In this document: positions 9,357 through 17,624 of the stretch, piece by piece
Layout of the letters: each line of letters starts with the position of its first letter
Position numbering within the stretch: the first letter of the stretch is position 1
DNA from: Vampirovibrionaceae bacterium NZW_1234
Lineage (GTDB): Bacteria; Cyanobacteriota; Vampirovibrionia; Vampirovibrionales; JAGQHJ01
Assembly: GCA_041697335.1 (NCBI GenBank)
Contig: JBGUGD010000020.1
Coordinates: forward strand, 1-47,373
Direction: 5' to 3'
Length of the DNA stretch: 47,373 bases
Position numbers and translations under genes: made by a program
Notes under the pieces: model-generated
The model's database searches: none
What the model saw: the letters and a program-made list of their open reading frames with translations, nothing else
What the model was told of the DNA's origin: nothing

Positions 9357-10397
9357 ATGCAAAAGTCTCTCCTTGCTGACTGTATCCGCCAATTCTCCAA
9401 CGCCCGTATCATGGTGGTTGGCGATGTTGCCATTGATGAAATGATATATGGCGAAACCAGTCGCCTGTCGCGAGAAGCACCAGTCATCATTCTCAAGCAC
9501 AACCGAACGGATATCCTTCTGGGAGCAGGCACCAATGCAGCGCATAACCTTGCCTCCTTAGGTGCCGCCAACGTCACCATGGTGGGACTGGCCGGGAAAG
9601 ATTATTATTGTTCGCTCCTGTTTGAAGCCATGGAACGGGATGGTGTATCGACAGAAGGTATGGTTCAAGATGAAAGCCGTCCCACGATTACCAAAACCCG
9701 GATTTCCGGTCAGGCTCGCCAATCTGTAATGCAGCAGATTGTCCGAATTGACCGGGAATTGGCAGAAGACGCCACTGGTGTTATTGAGCAACAACTGATC
9801 GACAAGATTATCCAACTGGCCCCAAAGCACAATGGCCTGATCATCTCCGACTACAAGCTAGGCGTGGTCACTCCTCGGATTATTGAAACCTGCATGCAAG
9901 TCGCAAAAGACCAGAATATGATTGTTGCCGTCGACTCCCATCGGGATTTGGGCCTATTTCGTGGTGCGACAATTGCCACACCCAACCTGCCCGAAGCTGA
10001 AGACAATGTCGGACACGCCTTAACCACCCCGGAAACATTAATCCGAGGAGGCTATGGCCTAAAAGAAAGAGCCGGGCTCGAAAACCTCCTGATTACTCGG
10101 GGTAGCGACGGGATGAGCTTATTTGATGCAGATCATCACGTCCATCACATCCCTGTATTCAACCGCAGCGAAGTCTTTGACGTTACGGGTGCCGGAGACA
10201 CCGTTATCAGTACTCTCACCATGGCCATGACTACCGGTGCTTCCGCACTGGAAGCTGCGGTCCTAGGCAACTTAGCCGCCAGCATTGTGGTCAAAAAATA
10301 TGGAACCGCCACCACGACCCCGGAAGAAATGTTAGCCACGCTCGACGAGCTGGACGAAACCCTCCTCACGTTGGAATCACAGAAAGTAACGGTATAG
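9357..10397 (+). CDS. D-glycero-beta-D-manno-heptose-7-phosphate kinase-like (RfaE/HldE kinase domain, PfkB family)
   Basis: VVGDVAIDE, RLSREAPV, IISDYKLG, TPNLPEA, ITRGSDGM, VFDVTGAGDT; no adenylyltransferase domain fused. Confidence 0.85.
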   Translation: MQKSLLADCIRQFSNARIMVVGDVAIDEMIYGETSRLSREAPVIILKHNRTDILLGAGTNAAHNLASLGAANVTMVGLAGKDYYCSLLFEAMERDGVSTEGMVQDESRPTITKTRISGQARQSVMQQIVRIDRELAEDATGVIEQQLIDKIIQLAPKHNGLIISDYKLGVVTPRIIETCMQVAKDQNMIVAVDSHRDLGLFRGATIATPNLPEAEDNVGHALTTPETLIRGGYGLKERAGLENLLITRGSDGMSLFDADHHVHHIPVFNRSEVFDVTGAGDTVISTLTMAMTTGASALEAAVLGNLAASIVVKKYGTATTTPEEMLATLDELDETLLTLESQKVTV

Positions 10398-10400
10398 CTT

Positions 10401-10916
10401 ATGTGTCTCATCGATGAATCTGGCAAACTCTTTGGCAAAATCAATCTGGTTGATTTTGGATTTACGTTGACTGTCCTGGCAGGCCTCGTGGGCGTGTTTT
10501 TAGTCCAATCCGGCACGCATGTTACATCAGGCCAAATGGTCCAGGGAGAAAGCGACATTGCTGTCACGGTCCAAATTCCCAACTTGAAAACACTGGACAA
10601 GAAATTGTTCGAGCCCGGAAAGAAAACGGCCATTACCATCCGTAACCAACCCCGAGGCGAAGTGACAATTCACACCGTTGAATCCAATCCAACCCAGATT
10701 ACCCTGATGGGATCGGGTGGTAATGCACAAACCGTGCCAGACCTTGCTCAAAAAAATGGGTATGACTATTTAATCACTCTGCATGATCATGCCAAAGTGA
10801 CCAAAGAGGGGTATGTAGCCGAAGGCGTTAAAGTCAAAGTCGGTTTGCCCATTGAATTAGAAGGCTTTAAGTATCGGGTCTACGGAAAGATTGTCAATGT
10901 CGAGGCCATCCAATAA
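10401..10916 (+). CDS. DUF4330-family protein
   Basis: N-terminus IDESGKLFGKINLVD plus a TM segment, ITIRNQPRG, KVKVGLPIELEG resemble the cyanobacterial family as recalled. Confidence 0.75.
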   Translation: MCLIDESGKLFGKINLVDFGFTLTVLAGLVGVFLVQSGTHVTSGQMVQGESDIAVTVQIPNLKTLDKKLFEPGKKTAITIRNQPRGEVTIHTVESNPTQITLMGSGGNAQTVPDLAQKNGYDYLITLHDHAKVTKEGYVAEGVKVKVGLPIELEGFKYRVYGKIVNVEAIQ

Positions 10917-12414
10917 CGTGGCAGCCTTTGCCATCCAACCGGTCCTTCAAACCTCGGTGCTGGCCATGCCCTTTGTCCGCTTGGCCTTAACGCCCCATCA
11001 CTGGCTCCAGCTGAGGTTTCAGGAAAGCCACCTGGGCCAACAACTTGGTGCCCTATGGCGAGCGTTGGTCACCCCACTTCGCACCAAAGCCGAAGCATGG
11101 CATCGGGCCCATGAAAACCTGCTCGGGCTGCATTGGCTTACTACCTTGGCAACATTGCTCCTAACAACCTTTGCCTCAACAGAACTCATTGGCCTCAGTG
11201 TGGTCATCAGCTTTGCGCTGATGTGTCTGAGAGCATTGCTTAGGCCGCTGCGTCTTCAGGTTAATATTATCGACTTATTTATTGCCTTGTTTTTCACAAC
11301 AGCCCTAGTATCTACTGCATTTTCATCCTACATCCACACCAGCATCATCGGCATGGCCAAGTTTTCGGTATTTGCGATGGGTTACTGGAATTTCCGGGTC
11401 CTGCTGTCCGAACGCCCCAAATCGCTCACTTGGGTCTTGTGCCTCTTACTGGTATTGGGCGTGGCCGAGTCCGTGATTGGCCTGTATCAATATGTCAACC
11501 ATGTACAACCGCTAGCCACTTGGCAAGACACCTCCATTAATTCGGAAGATCAGCTAACCCGGATTTTTGGCACCTTGAAACCTTCCAACCCAAACTTATT
11601 GGCTGGGTTTCTTATCCCCTGCTTAGGAGCAGGCATCGGTCTGACCCTGAGCCAGGTATTTGCAAAACGGTGGCTCAGCAGCTTTATTCTGGTTTCTGGT
11701 ACCGGAATCATCCTGATTGCTTTGATTCTCACCGGCTCGCGAGGGGGTTATCTAGCCCTCATGATCATGAGCCTGATGACCTTTTTATATTTGGGCGATC
11801 TGTTTTGGAACGATGCCACCTTAAAACATCAGCCTCGACTAAAAGCGCTGTGGATCCTCATTCTGGTTGGCGCAGTGTTGGCCACGCTTGGAGCAGCCCT
11901 TTTCCTACCGGCAATTCGAAATCGATTTCTTTCCATCTTTGCCATGCGTGAAGACAGCAGCAATTCTTATCGCCTGAACGTATGGGCCAGCACATGGCGT
12001 ATGATTCAGCACAATTGGCTTGTCGGCATCGGCCCCGGCAATGATACCTTTAAACAAGTCTACGGCTTATACATGACACCGGGCTACAACGCCCTGTCTG
12101 CCTACAGCATCTTTCTGGAAATATGGGCAGAACAAGGCATTTTGGGTCTCTTGGCATTTCTAGTGACACTCATCATCACCGGACTGAGGACCTGTATGGC
12201 CTTCTACATTGGCTTGCCTCTGCAACAAAAGCTTATGATTGGCGCATTATTCACCGGGGCTATCGGCTCTGTGTTTTATGGGCTCTTCGATACCATTTGG
12301 TATCGCCCCAGCGTCAATTTGCTTTTCTGGCTTTTTATGGCCGGATTGGCGATGTTAACCGAATCGGCGTTAACCCACGCCACCACCCAGCACCAGTGCC
12401 ATGAAACCCATTAA
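10897..12414 (+). CDS. ictB: IctB-family / O-antigen ligase-like membrane protein
   Basis: NPNLLAG, LTGSRGG, REDSSNSYRLNVW, GIGPGN, YNALSAYSIFLE, FDTIWYRP match the IctB family; many TM segments. Confidence 0.82.
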   Translation: MSRPSNNVAAFAIQPVLQTSVLAMPFVRLALTPHHWLQLRFQESHLGQQLGALWRALVTPLRTKAEAWHRAHENLLGLHWLTTLATLLLTTFASTELIGLSVVISFALMCLRALLRPLRLQVNIIDLFIALFFTTALVSTAFSSYIHTSIIGMAKFSVFAMGYWNFRVLLSERPKSLTWVLCLLLVLGVAESVIGLYQYVNHVQPLATWQDTSINSEDQLTRIFGTLKPSNPNLLAGFLIPCLGAGIGLTLSQVFAKRWLSSFILVSGTGIILIALILTGSRGGYLALMIMSLMTFLYLGDLFWNDATLKHQPRLKALWILILVGAVLATLGAALFLPAIRNRFLSIFAMREDSSNSYRLNVWASTWRMIQHNWLVGIGPGNDTFKQVYGLYMTPGYNALSAYSIFLEIWAEQGILGLLAFLVTLIITGLRTCMAFYIGLPLQQKLMIGALFTGAIGSVFYGLFDTIWYRPSVNLLFWLFMAGLAMLTESALTHATTQHQCHETH

Positions 12415-13549
12415 CCCAAAAGACATTGAGCGCATTGCGCTTCTCAACTTTGGCGGCATTGGGGATGAAATTCTTTTTTCTCCGGTCATCCATGCCATCC
12501 GCCAAGCATACCCGGATGCGCACATCACCTTGATTCTGGAAGCCCGAAGTGGTCGAATTCGAGAGCTACTGCCCCAGCTCGATGCCACCGTCGAAATCCA
12601 AGTCCAGGGCAAATCCCGCAGTGCCGTTTTTGCCAAACTCCTCAAAATCCTTCGAGGGCGCTGTTTTGATGCTGTTGTTTCCAGTGGCAGCTCTCCGTTT
12701 ATTCCCATTTTGCTGTTTTTATCAGGCATTGGAGTTCGTATCGGCTTTGATACCGGTAAACTCAGTCAACGACTACTCACCAAAGCAGCGCCTCTCAATC
12801 GCAAAGCCTATGCGGGAGATATGTACTTTACTTTAGCCCACACATTTCTGGAAGCCACTTTTGGTGTCGATATCCCTTTAAAACCTGCCATCCCGAAATT
12901 GGCGATAGACACACCCACCCGAGTTAAAGCAGAAGAACTGCTGGCACCTTTGGAAAGTTCCACCCGGATCAAACCCACCCGGATTTTTATTCACCCCGGG
13001 GTCAGCCGGATGAGTATCGAAAAAAATATCCAAAAAGCGTGGCCTGTGTCTAATTGGAGTTCTCTCATAGAACAATTGCTTCGGGAAATTCCAGACAGCC
13101 ACGTCTATTTGAGTGGTGGCCCCGATGACGCCGAAACACTCCATGCATTAAATACTGTTATCGGCACCATGGACGAGGGCTCTAAAAGTCGTGTTTTCAA
13201 CCTCTATGGAAAAACCACCAGCCTTCGCGATTTGGCAGGCTTGTTTGTGGCTGCCGACATCCTGGTTTCCGTCGATTCCGCTCCGCTGCATTTGGCCATT
13301 GGGCTAGGTGTTCCGGTGGTTGCTATTTTTGCCTCTACCGATGAGAAAAAGCTCATACCACAAAAAGACTCAGTGGCAGTTGCTGCTAGAGCCGATTTGG
13401 AGTGTCGGCCCTGTCTATGGGATGTGCGACAAACATCCTGTGATAACCCGGTTTGTTTAAATGTACCCGTTGATACTGTTCTTGCCCAAGTACACCGGCT
13501 TTTAGACACGACACCCAATCATACGGTTTCGAAGGATTCAACCGAATAG
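12401..13549 (+). CDS. Glycosyltransferase family 9 (heptosyltransferase-like)
   Basis: GGIGDEIL, IHPG, KAWP, GKTTSLRDLAG, SVDSAPLHLA, CRPC motifs. Confidence 0.9.
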   Translation: MKPINPKDIERIALLNFGGIGDEILFSPVIHAIRQAYPDAHITLILEARSGRIRELLPQLDATVEIQVQGKSRSAVFAKLLKILRGRCFDAVVSSGSSPFIPILLFLSGIGVRIGFDTGKLSQRLLTKAAPLNRKAYAGDMYFTLAHTFLEATFGVDIPLKPAIPKLAIDTPTRVKAEELLAPLESSTRIKPTRIFIHPGVSRMSIEKNIQKAWPVSNWSSLIEQLLREIPDSHVYLSGGPDDAETLHALNTVIGTMDEGSKSRVFNLYGKTTSLRDLAGLFVAADILVSVDSAPLHLAIGLGVPVVAIFASTDEKKLIPQKDSVAVAARADLECRPCLWDVRQTSCDNPVCLNVPVDTVLAQVHRLLDTTPNHTVSKDSTE

Positions 13550-13565
13550 AGGCAACGAAAAACTC

Positions 13566-14441
13566 ATGGATTCCATCTCAACCCCCAATGACACTCATAC
13601 CCTTATACAAGGCTCCCAGCCCCTATGGGATCTAATACAACAGTGGTTTGAGAAGCATCCCGAATTGGACGCTCTCATGCAGGCTCGTGTCTTAAACAGC
13701 ATAGCTCATCGCAGCCTGGAGGAGCAGCAACGACTCAAGTATGAGTTTATTTCTCGCCTTGATGATTCCATCGATAAAACACACCCACCCTATCCTTTAA
13801 AATTCCTACTCCAGGAGATTGAACAGATTCTGGCAGAATACCACCAGGACTACCATCACTACCGTTATTTCTATGGCAACCTGTACCAGGGTTTTGAAAG
13901 CCTCGGTATTTTTGGAGGTCGGGATACGGAAAAACGATTTAAAGAGATGAACATCCTACACTATCTCAACCCGTCGACCCACCTACTGGATGTTGCTTGT
14001 AACTGTGGATTTATGGCTCTATACGCCAGCTACCGTAGCGGCTGTATTGCAGAAGGGTTTGACTGGAATCCCTTTATGATTCGCATCGGCAATGCCGTCA
14101 ACCGTTATTTAGGTTTGGAAGAAAAAGTCCATCTTCACGTCGCTGACTTTAATACCTTTACTCCAAAACAACCCTATGATGTCATTTTTACCCTTGCTTC
14201 CTACAAAACCACGGACAGCGGAATTGAAAATACCATTTACGACCATCTTGCCCAGTTGCACCGTTGGCTTGCTCCTCAGGGTATAGTCGTGTTTGAATCC
14301 CATCATCTGGGTGCCGAAACAAAAGATCGCCTGTCTCCCGAACAACTCGGTCCGGTTGATCGCCTGTATTCGTGGGACGACTCGCATACCATTGAAAATG
14401 GCACTCGAGAAATTTTTATTTTCCGCAAACACGCCGTGTAA
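13566..14441 (+). CDS. Class I SAM-dependent methyltransferase
   Basis: LLDVACNCGF motif I, GFD, HVADF, YDVIF, LAPQGIVVFESH. Confidence 0.8.
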   Translation: MDSISTPNDTHTLIQGSQPLWDLIQQWFEKHPELDALMQARVLNSIAHRSLEEQQRLKYEFISRLDDSIDKTHPPYPLKFLLQEIEQILAEYHQDYHHYRYFYGNLYQGFESLGIFGGRDTEKRFKEMNILHYLNPSTHLLDVACNCGFMALYASYRSGCIAEGFDWNPFMIRIGNAVNRYLGLEEKVHLHVADFNTFTPKQPYDVIFTLASYKTTDSGIENTIYDHLAQLHRWLAPQGIVVFESHHLGAETKDRLSPEQLGPVDRLYSWDDSHTIENGTREIFIFRKHAV

Positions 14442-14444
14442 GCG

Positions 14445-15425
14445 CTAACCTCTCACCCACAAGGGCTTTGCGTTCTTATCTGCCTGAGCCAATTGACGCC
14501 AGATATCCCCGTGGGTTTCCACACGAATGCGATTCGGATTAAAAGCTAACGTAGGTCGTGATACCGGTTGATAGTTTTTGAGGGCCTCGGTTACCACATC
14601 CTTGGTTCTGGAAAAATGCTGTTCAATATCGCCTTGAGGCTGACACCCACCTCCATGAAGCGCACCAACCACTTCAGCACAAGCTTCCTGACGGCCTCCC
14701 TCTGAGGGTTCTCCACGGCTATCTGCTTGAATATAGTAATATAGTCGCTCTTTCACCACCGGGTCCATCCGACTCACATCTTGACGGTGTTGTCGTTGAA
14801 AGGACGTCCTTGCGGATAAATACCCTTGATGATCATCGACAGCATGCCCAACCTCATGATTGGTCACACCCGGAACTCGAAAATTACGAATACTCCGCCG
14901 ATGCTCCGTATCTGCATAGTAATATTCCGCTATACCCACAGTTTTGGAACCCGGCTCGAACAACGCATCACAATTGTCCCACGTCGATCCTTCGGGCCAT
15001 CCCCGAGGTTTCACCCCACGAAGTTGGGGAAACGCATCCGTCAGATAGCGCGCAATGACAACTTTATACCCATCGCGGTGCAAGCTGTCATGAATCCTTT
15101 CAGGCAGTCGCTTCAATGCAGCATCAACCTCTGCAACAAATGCCTCCGAAACCGTCGACCCCGGTGTTTGCCGAATCAGAGGTGAAACACCCTTGACTTC
15201 GGTGTGACCTGGCACAGCCAATACCTTATTGCTGCGAAGTAGGGGAATCACAGCTACCAGTCCCAACCCCGTCATCAGTTGCAATGCCCTACGCCGGGAT
15301 ACATCTCGCTCATTCCTTTGGGCCTGAAAACGTTGTTGATCATTGTGTTGAATCTGAAATTCTTTACGCACATCAGTCGTTTTCGGCACACGAACGTGCA
15401 CCCGTGACGGGGTGACAATGATCAT
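14445..15425 (-). CDS. Anthrax lethal factor/PPEP-like zinc metalloendopeptidase with twin-arginine-like signal
   Basis: HEVGH zincin motif, downstream EACAE, LRGVKPRGWPEGSTWD resembling PPEP/Zmp1; SRRRAL plus hydrophobic stretch and VLA; AGGAGG RBS before ATG 15425. Confidence 0.72.
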   Translation of the reverse strand: MIIVTPSRVHVRVPKTTDVRKEFQIQHNDQQRFQAQRNERDVSRRRALQLMTGLGLVAVIPLLRSNKVLAVPGHTEVKGVSPLIRQTPGSTVSEAFVAEVDAALKRLPERIHDSLHRDGYKVVIARYLTDAFPQLRGVKPRGWPEGSTWDNCDALFEPGSKTVGIAEYYYADTEHRRSIRNFRVPGVTNHEVGHAVDDHQGYLSARTSFQRQHRQDVSRMDPVVKERLYYYIQADSRGEPSEGGRQEACAEVVGALHGGGCQPQGDIEQHFSRTKDVVTEALKNYQPVSRPTLAFNPNRIRVETHGDIWRQLAQADKNAKPLWVRG

Positions 15426-15507
15426 GGGGACAAACCTCCTCACCAACAAAAGATTGTTTTAATATTAATACGATTGTTTTTTAAACGCAATGCCTTTCCA
15501 AATCAGC

Positions 15508-15540
15508 AAAAAAAAATCAGGTATTGAAGCAATACCTGAT
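15508..15540 (-). terminator. Intrinsic terminator
   Basis: 11-bp perfect stem ATCAGGTATTG/CAATACCTGAT running into a 9-T tract on the minus strand. Confidence 0.85.
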
Positions 15541-15895
15541 AGGAATGTAACGTGGACCGCAACAAACATGGTCACGATGGGATGGGTAGGTAGGTGAGGG
15601 GAGGGTTGGTTAGTCTGGTTGGCTGTGTGAGGGGTTGGTAGGTCATCGCAGCCAAGCTTTGTTGCGTTCGCTGGGGGGAGAAGTTGTAGGGTTAGATAGG
15701 TTGGTCATTAGCTGTGAGGGAAGAAAATCTGTTTCTGCGGGGGGAGGGAGAGGTGGGGGAGAGCTCGAATTGCTCTCATACCCCACCGTGGTCTTTGAAG
15801 TTGGCTTAAAGGAAGTAAGCCAATGGTTGAGAAGAGAGGAAGCAACGTGAAAAAATTAGAGAGAAGAGGAACAAGAGAAGTTGGGAGGAGACAAA

Positions 15896-17071
15896 TTAGG
15901 CAGCAAGGCCCATCGAATTGTTTTTATCTAGTGGCTCCTCGGTGGCTACAAACAATCCACCATTAGATCGATCCAGAATGTCTTGCAAGGCATCCGTAGC
16001 GACAAAGGAAGCAGCACCTTCGCCAGTATCAATCATAACCACACCGGCAGTTTGGCCACTACTATCCACGGCGGTTCCCACCACGGCAACCCCATGGTTG
16101 ATGTCACCTTGACCTTTGGCATCACCCCATAATGCATCAGAGCTAATGGATAAGATGCCCCCATGGCCTTTTGAAGCGAGATCAACGATTTCATCGGCCG
16201 AAGCTTTCCCTTTATAATCAGCCGCAATACCCATCTTTTCCAAGAGAGCTTCCTGTTGAGGCTGGGTGCTGGACCCCACATTGTCCGTTAAGCCCGAACG
16301 TTGAGCTAAATCAAAGACGTTCTCTTCGGTGGGTCGCTGGCCATTCACATTACCACCACCCAATATTGCAAGGTTAGCAGCAGAGTCTAAACCACAGTTG
16401 GATGCCATTTGATTGTAATCCAGTTGATCCGACTTATCTTTCGCAGGGCCTTTAATCGTCAAGCCCATGGGCTGAAGTTTTTGAGCCAGTTCTTCGATGG
16501 AGTTGGCTTTTACTACTTTGCCATTACCGGGGCCAAAATTCTTTTTACCTTGTGGGCCACTCGGTCCATTGGCTCGGCGACCACGGCCCATTGGAGAGGC
16601 ACCACCCCCTGCCGTTGGAGCCCCACCGGACCCACTGCAACTGCCACCGGAGCATCCTTTAGAGCCACCGCCATTGGTGTTTCCGCCCTGATTGGCACCT
16701 TCTGTGTCAGCGTCTTTGTCCTTGTCGGGATTCACGATAAAAATATTGATAATTGGGCGGTTTTTGTCCTTGTCACGCCCATCAGCATTGGGGCTGTTCT
16801 CGTCGTTTGTGCTTGAGCCATTACGGTCTTTAGTTTTATTTTGCTCTTTAGAGCCTTGAAGGCCTTCAAGCAATTCTTCTTCAAGATCGCCGAAGAAACT
16901 GACAGGATCAAACTGGGTACCATCTGAAACACTGCTGTCAGCAAGTTTCAGGTTCCGTGGACTACTACCGGTATCTGAAACCGGTTGAGAGCTAGCTGCA
17001 GCATTTTTCACAGGGGCAGCATTCGCAGGTTTATTTTGAACAGCAGGCGCGTTTGTTACAGGGGCCATCAT
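15896..17071 (-). CDS. Hypothetical protein: disordered N-half plus C-terminal C39-like (papain-fold) cysteine peptidase
   Basis: QMASNCG (oxyanion Gln and Cys), NHGVAVVG (His), MIDTG (Asp); AAAGGAG RBS before ATG 17071. Confidence 0.62.
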   Translation of the reverse strand: MMAPVTNAPAVQNKPANAAPVKNAAASSQPVSDTGSSPRNLKLADSSVSDGTQFDPVSFFGDLEEELLEGLQGSKEQNKTKDRNGSSTNDENSPNADGRDKDKNRPIINIFIVNPDKDKDADTEGANQGGNTNGGGSKGCSGGSCSGSGGAPTAGGGASPMGRGRRANGPSGPQGKKNFGPGNGKVVKANSIEELAQKLQPMGLTIKGPAKDKSDQLDYNQMASNCGLDSAANLAILGGGNVNGQRPTEENVFDLAQRSGLTDNVGSSTQPQQEALLEKMGIAADYKGKASADEIVDLASKGHGGILSISSDALWGDAKGQGDINHGVAVVGTAVDSSGQTAGVVMIDTGEGAASFVATDALQDILDRSNGGLFVATEEPLDKNNSMGLAA

Positions 17072-17624
17072 TGAACTCCTTTCATCACGTATCAACAATT
17101 TTTCCAGCATCAGACCTACCGGTTTTTTGGGGTGTGCCGAAGATCGACCATACCGCTAAAAAACCGTAGGTTAACATCACCCGGTCATTGAACAGGGTGA
17201 TAGACAACATTCAACTGAGATGTCATAGGTCAGCCATTACCAGGCACAAGCCCAGCAGTGCTGAGAACTATCACAGCATCAGGTGCATCAAGTGTCCACA
17301 TACATTTTGAAGAAATGTACTCGGAGGTAAGAGCGAAAAGAAAAACTATAGGGATTCCAATGTGATTGAATTTGGTAGTTACATAAAACCAGCTTTTCAA
17401 AGACCTGTGCATTGACTGTTTTTATAATAATTAAGAGACAAATTGCCTCTGCCGTCAAAAAGAATGCATATAGATTGCAAAAAAATATCCATATCGCATC
17501 CAACAAAACCCTCTTCCCAACAAAATAACGTCTGTTTTTTTATATTTACATTTGTTTACAACAGGTTCATGACCCTCAAGTGTCTTCAGGTGTTCTGACA
17601 GTATCAACTTCAATGCAGTGGGTA

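Noticed and set aside
15635..15850. Plus-strand 71-aa ORF in the skewed spacer
   Set aside because: TTG start and Gly/Glu/Arg/Val content simply reflect the G-rich strand
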